28,405 bases of DNA from a virus (taxonomy: Duplodnaviria > Caudoviricetes): the IMG/VR virus record IMGVR_UViG_3300025751_000105, positions 1-28,405 of that record; one strand, 5' to 3'. A program made the translations under genes and the position numbers. Under the pieces are notes generated by a model that ran no database searches, was not told the origin of the DNA, and was given only the letters and a program-made list of their open reading frames with translations. Shown here piece after piece: positions 23,898 to 28,405 of this stretch; position 1 is the first letter of the stretch, and every line of letters starts with the position of its first letter.

Positions 23898-26800
23898 TGA
23901 CAATTGACTACTACGACGGGACAGCCTATGCGCCTGGCGCAAACACGAGTGGGTGGGTGTGTCGTCTTCGCTCTCGTTTCACTGATTCCACCGGAGGCGT
24001 TTGGGTCGTTGAAATCATCGACAACCAATTGTCCCCGAGTGGGTTTTCGTGGAGTGCCGCCTCGCCTGAACCATTCCAGCTCGGGCCGGATGGTTTCACG
24101 TGGAAAATGGACGGTAAATCCGACACGTTTCAAGTAGGGGCAATTTCGACCGAGGTCACTTTCGATTTGATGGTGACGGACACGAAGCACGACCAGATTT
24201 TGTCGGTCATCAAAGGAGCCCAAGACATGCGCTTCGGGGTGGCCATCTACACGGTCAACGGACAGGTCTCAAGCGGGGCTGGTTACGTGCGTCCATTTTG
24301 GTTTGGATTGATTTCCCACGAGGGAATCAATTGGGGTCCGTATACGCACCCCGATTCAATCCGTATCAAGGCGCATTGCGGTCTCTCCCTCCTGAACGAC
24401 ATCGAGTACGCACAACCAGACGGCCGGCCGTACGAGGACACGCAGAATGTGGGCACGCACTTGCAGCGCATTTTCAACAAGATTCCGACCCACACTTTGT
24501 GGGGCTGGAAAGCCAATGGAACCTATACCCAGCTTTCAGGAACATCGGACTACGGTGAAGGCATCTTCACGCATTACCAATGGATTGCCGACAAGGACAA
24601 GCATTTGTACGGCGCAAGCAACACCTTGGAGAAGTCTGTTATTGGCTTCACGAAGTGCGATGCTTCGGCGTTTTTGGAGATTGACCGGGAGGAGGATATT
24701 TTTGGTGGAGACTACGTTAGCACGGAGAACTCCAGCTGCGCGGAAGTGCTCAAGCATATCCTGTCCGTTTTTCAGATTCGAATGTTCCAATATGGTGGAA
24801 CATTCTTGGCTCATTGTCCATGGCAAACCGGACAATCCACATACGTCGGGAGGTACCAATATGAAAAGCTCAACGACACCATTTTCACGGCCACTGAAGA
24901 CACTGTGACCGAGACCCCGTTGTATGCCGCTGGATTCGAGCAAGCGGCTGGCGTGAGGGACTCGTTTTTGTTCCCTGTTCGACAATCGAAAAGCGTCCAC
25001 AAAAAGGGCGGCGCGAGAACAATTTTCACGAGGCCTCTTCTCGAAGTTCGGGTGTACCCAGCGGATGGCAATGTATACACGAACGGGGCTCTGCCAGAAT
25101 TGCTCAATTCGCCAGATGCAACTGTTGAGCCGGGGACATCCATAAGCTTGACCGGTGACTTGCGAATTTGGTCGCTCGGATTCGGCTCTGCTGGACAGAA
25201 CTACAACATCGATACGGGCATGATTGGAGCCAAGCCCGTGATGCAGTTTGAAATCAAGGTGGGACAATACTACCTGAAGCGTGATTTGGTCATGTCTTCG
25301 ACTGGTTACAACATCCACCGAACAGCTGCCGCTGACTTGACGTATAAACCCCTCGAACAAAGCGGCGCGGTTGAATGGACAACGACTCCATCGACGTACG
25401 ATTTTGTCATGCCATTCCCTGGTTGCAACGAGGAGCCGGCGGTGTACAATTTCAACTCTGGTGGAACGGAGCAAACCGTTGTTGGAGGGCTTCACCTGGC
25501 ACTCGGAAACAATGACCCATTCCGATTCAGTTCGGGCTTCTTGGGAGACGGCACACAGATGAGCGAATGCCACGCGAATGTCGCGTGGGTTTTGCCCGCC
25601 GTGCCGCAGCAAGCAGCAGACCACGTGGGGGTTCAATTTAGGGCTTCCATGAAGTACATGTTCAGGGACGGAAATAACACCTTGAACATTGGTCCGACCT
25701 CCAATGGTGGGCTTCCTGGTTTGATTGGTTACACCCCCGGAACCATCACGAATTTCAGACTGTTCGCTTCAACTCATGACGACCCTGATGCGGACGTGGT
25801 TTTCACCTCTGCAGACCAGACGAACTACAGCACGCAATTGACGTGCACAAGCATCCTAGGCGACAAGTACACCGACCAGAATCTGGGTGTCCTCAAACTG
25901 GACGACGTAAACAACCCCGGAACAGTCACGCCAGCCGACCAAAACTGGGTGACCTGGGGAGACACCTCCGCGAACGGAAGACCTCTTCACCAGCTGATTG
26001 CTCGAGAAAATCTCTTCATGCGTGATGAGACTCTTCGAACCAGGAAAGCCACGTTTGTCGGAAAGGTGCGAAGTGACCACCGCGCCTTCAACCGAGTGTC
26101 CCACACGTACAACTCCGGATTGATTTCGTTGTTGCCCCCGACAAGGCTCGTCAGCATTGTCGATGAGGCTACCTCTTCGAACCGTCAATGGTACATCATG
26201 AACATGGGCTTTACGGCCGCTTCACAGGTGTACGATTGCGAGCTTGCTTTGCTGGCCACAACGGGGGGAACAACCAACCCGGTTGACGATGACACAAGGC
26301 CCTTCGGATTTGACGGAGAAGGGCCTGGAACATCGGGCGGTGACTCATCCAACCCGAGCACGGACATTGTGCCCGTCGGATTGTCCGACAATTTTGGTGG
26401 AACAGTGACCACCGGAAACGACATTTCTTTCGTCAAGTTCAAGACGGATTTCATGTCCATCACTCAGCCCGTTGACCTCGATGATGTGGAGACACAGGCG
26501 AACCGAATCAAAGGCGTTTCGACTAGCCCTGCAACGCCACTCCTCTTGAAGGTCGATGTAGGCGGAAACTTCGGAACCGTAGCGGATGGAAACAATGGCG
26601 AAGTGCTGTCAACAGACGGCAGCGGAAACTTCAGATTCGTTCCTCAAACCGGAGGCGGTGGAGGTCGGAAATTTCTTGTCACCCATTTCACTCGTCCAAA
26701 CCTGAATCTTGCTCGAGGGACATTGTACTACGGTCACACCACGGAGGGCTGGGCAAGCCGCGCCTGGAACCTTTCGACCACAACGCCCACAACTATTTTG

Positions 26801-27130
26801 GGGCGCTATGCGGGGAGTTGTTTCACGCTACCAGAGGATGCGACTGTAATTCACCTCGATGGATTCGTTTTGCCTGAGACAGCTCGTGACAACATCACGA
26901 TTGCTTTCTACCATGGCTCTCCCATTGGAACCACCCAAAATTTCAGCCTGGTTCGGGTGCAATCCCAGACCGTTACCGTCGCAACAAATGGCGTCGCATA
27001 CCCATTCTCGTATCGAGCAACGGGCTTGAACATCCGCAAGGGTGAAACCTTGTGGCTTTTCATCGGCCGGCAAAGCCCAACGACCGGCAACGCGTTCACC
27101 CAGTTTGGCTTCACAATCACCTACGAATGA
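23897..27130 (+). CDS. Large tail-tip/baseplate-fibre structural protein
   Basis: Directly follows the tape measure gene and is G/T/S/N-rich. It has a GNNGEVLSTDGSGNFRF fibre-like motif and a poly-Gly linker before a beta-rich C-terminal domain. Confidence 0.75.
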   Translation: MTIDYYDGTAYAPGANTSGWVCRLRSRFTDSTGGVWVVEIIDNQLSPSGFSWSAASPEPFQLGPDGFTWKMDGKSDTFQVGAISTEVTFDLMVTDTKHDQILSVIKGAQDMRFGVAIYTVNGQVSSGAGYVRPFWFGLISHEGINWGPYTHPDSIRIKAHCGLSLLNDIEYAQPDGRPYEDTQNVGTHLQRIFNKIPTHTLWGWKANGTYTQLSGTSDYGEGIFTHYQWIADKDKHLYGASNTLEKSVIGFTKCDASAFLEIDREEDIFGGDYVSTENSSCAEVLKHILSVFQIRMFQYGGTFLAHCPWQTGQSTYVGRYQYEKLNDTIFTATEDTVTETPLYAAGFEQAAGVRDSFLFPVRQSKSVHKKGGARTIFTRPLLEVRVYPADGNVYTNGALPELLNSPDATVEPGTSISLTGDLRIWSLGFGSAGQNYNIDTGMIGAKPVMQFEIKVGQYYLKRDLVMSSTGYNIHRTAAADLTYKPLEQSGAVEWTTTPSTYDFVMPFPGCNEEPAVYNFNSGGTEQTVVGGLHLALGNNDPFRFSSGFLGDGTQMSECHANVAWVLPAVPQQAADHVGVQFRASMKYMFRDGNNTLNIGPTSNGGLPGLIGYTPGTITNFRLFASTHDDPDADVVFTSADQTNYSTQLTCTSILGDKYTDQNLGVLKLDDVNNPGTVTPADQNWVTWGDTSANGRPLHQLIARENLFMRDETLRTRKATFVGKVRSDHRAFNRVSHTYNSGLISLLPPTRLVSIVDEATSSNRQWYIMNMGFTAASQVYDCELALLATTGGTTNPVDDDTRPFGFDGEGPGTSGGDSSNPSTDIVPVGLSDNFGGTVTTGNDISFVKFKTDFMSITQPVDLDDVETQANRIKGVSTSPATPLLLKVDVGGNFGTVADGNNGEVLSTDGSGNFRFVPQTGGGGGRKFLVTHFTRPNLNLARGTLYYGHTTEGWASRAWNLSTTTPTTILGRYAGSCFTLPEDATVIHLDGFVLPETARDNITIAFYHGSPIGTTQNFSLVRVQSQTVTVATNGVAYPFSYRATGLNIRKGETLWLFIGRQSPTTGNAFTQFGFTITYE

Positions 27131-27300
27131 CACATGAAAATCTCCTCAACATTTTTGGCTTCAGCTGGTCAATGCTGATGCTCTCGGAATGCATCACCTG
27201 GACGCTTGGTGTTGTGACCGGAATCACCCTCATTTGGATGAATGTTGAACGAGCCCTGAAGGCTCGAAAAGAACGAAAAGAGAATGGACAGAACAATTGA
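27127..27300 (+). CDS. Putative holin (57 aa)
   Basis: ATG at 27127 (ATGA overlap), hydrophobic segments followed by a basic tail, immediately upstream of the endolysin. Confidence 0.6.
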   Translation: MTHENLLNIFGFSWSMLMLSECITWTLGVVTGITLIWMNVERALKARKERKENGQNN

Positions 27301-27709
27301 AAAAATCATCATCCATTGCAGCGCGACAAAACCGACCCAGGACATCGGAAGCCGAGAAATCCGTTCGTGGCATTTGGCAAAAGGATGGAGGGATATTGGG
27401 TACCATTTCGTAATAAGGCGAAATGGAAAAATCGAGCTCGGTCGGAGTCTCGACGTGCGAGGCGCACATGCGCGTGGGCACAACGCGACAAGCATCGGAG
27501 TGTGCTACGTTGGAGGGGTCGACGAAAAGATGAATCCTGAAGACAACCGAACGGCCGAGCAGCTGCGCAGCATGCAGCTCCTCGTGAGCTTGCTCTGGGC
27601 AATGTTCCCGGACGCAGACGTTTTGGGCCATCGTGATTTGCCCGAGGTCACCAAGGCTTGCCCATCGTTTGATGTGAAAACCTGGCTCGAAGCCATTAGG
27701 AGCTCATAA
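27284..27709 (+). CDS. Endolysin, N-acetylmuramoyl-L-alanine amidase (T7 lysozyme-like)
   Basis: IIIHCSAT, GWRDIGYHFVI, GAHARGHN, SIGVCYVGG, GHRD and KACPSF. Confidence 0.96.
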   Translation: MDRTIEKIIIHCSATKPTQDIGSREIRSWHLAKGWRDIGYHFVIRRNGKIELGRSLDVRGAHARGHNATSIGVCYVGGVDEKMNPEDNRTAEQLRSMQLLVSLLWAMFPDADVLGHRDLPEVTKACPSFDVKTWLEAIRSS

Positions 27710-28165
27710 ATGGACCCGGAGGCAAAGACCTATAGGAAACCACTCAGAGAAACAAAGGTTGGGAAATGGCTATCCCGAAACGCTCCAGACGTTCTCCAGG
27801 CCGCTGGTGAACTCACCCCGGTCGGAGGTGGTGCACTGCGCTTCATCGCAGACAAAATCCAGAAGCGAGCGGAGCTGACTTCTGAAGCCCTCGAAGAGTG
27901 GGACCAGATACACCGTGAAGCACAGGTGGAAATCACGAAAAGATGGGAGGCGGATATGGCATCAGATTCGTGGCTTCCCAAGAACATTCGCCCAATGACT
28001 TTGGTGGTCCTTTTGCTGACCTTCCTGGTCGTGATTGTGGTGGACTCAATCGACTCAATTCCGTTCAATGTTTCGGAGTCCTACGTGTCGATGCTTGAGG
28101 TGCTCATGACAACCGTTTTCACGGCCTACTTCGCAGGCCGTACTTATGAAAAAATTCGACGATGA
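27710..28165 (+). CDS. Putative holin (GTA 3TM-like family)
   Basis: RWEADMASDSWLPKNIRP, two hydrophobic helices and AYFAGRTYEK. Confidence 0.8.
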   Translation: MDPEAKTYRKPLRETKVGKWLSRNAPDVLQAAGELTPVGGGALRFIADKIQKRAELTSEALEEWDQIHREAQVEITKRWEADMASDSWLPKNIRPMTLVVLLLTFLVVIVVDSIDSIPFNVSESYVSMLEVLMTTVFTAYFAGRTYEKIRR

Positions 28166-28405
28166 GTGAAGACCAAATACAGCAGCGATTTGTCCGCCTC
28201 CTTGACCGCCTCAACGCGACTCAAAAGGCGGGCATTCTTTTTTGCTCAACTCAAGGCGGGATGCGCATGCGAATCGGTCAGGCCAGGAAGATGGTTCAGG
28301 GCGGTTACAGGAAGGGCATTCCTGACCTCCTGATATACACCCCGAACCGAGGATTCAGCGGCCTCGCTTTGGAGCTCAAAACCGAGAAGGGCAGACCCTC
28401 AGCGG
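28162..28405 (+). CDS. VRR-NUC domain nuclease, truncated by window end
   Basis: Translated by hand as MSEDQIQ...GYRKGIPDLLI...GLALELKTEKGRPS. Confidence 0.85.
   Translation, partial: MSEDQIQQRFVRLLDRLNATQKAGILFCSTQGGMRMRIGQARKMVQGGYRKGIPDLLIYTPNRGFSGLALELKTEKGRPSA

Overview
The window is about 28.4 kb of a tailed dsDNA phage (siphovirus-like, HK97-type head), and every credible gene is on the + strand. TAnnTTTG-type -7 promoter boxes and A-rich leaders without Shine-Dalgarno sites point to a Bacteroidota host (inference). Gene order: terS-terL; a replication/recombination block (PD-(D/E)XK nuclease, DnaA-C-like HTH, SSB-like protein, SF4 helicase, annealing-protein-like); a first island of small promoter-led genes; a nucleotide/DNA-modification cluster; portal, protease, capsid and head-tail genes; a second island of promoter-led cassettes plus a repeat-flanked zinc-finger mini-gene; tail tube, frameshifted chaperones, tape measure and one large tail-tip protein; a lysis cassette; and a truncated VRR-NUC gene. 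Three signals stand out. (1) A probable cytosine-modification system: a T4 gp42-like (Asp-type, dCMP-directed) thymidylate synthase homologue and a gp56-like dCTPase sit with a stand-alone aGPT-Pplase1/5hmU-kinase helical-domain protein, an HTH-DUF6378 fusion and a PD-(D/E)XK nuclease. (2) Six gene cassettes carry a conserved promoter repeat with a candidate TGAACA(T) operator, and several small island proteins look NUMOD1-HTH-like. (3) GATC appears to be completely absent. All family calls come from recognising motifs by eye; no database search was run.
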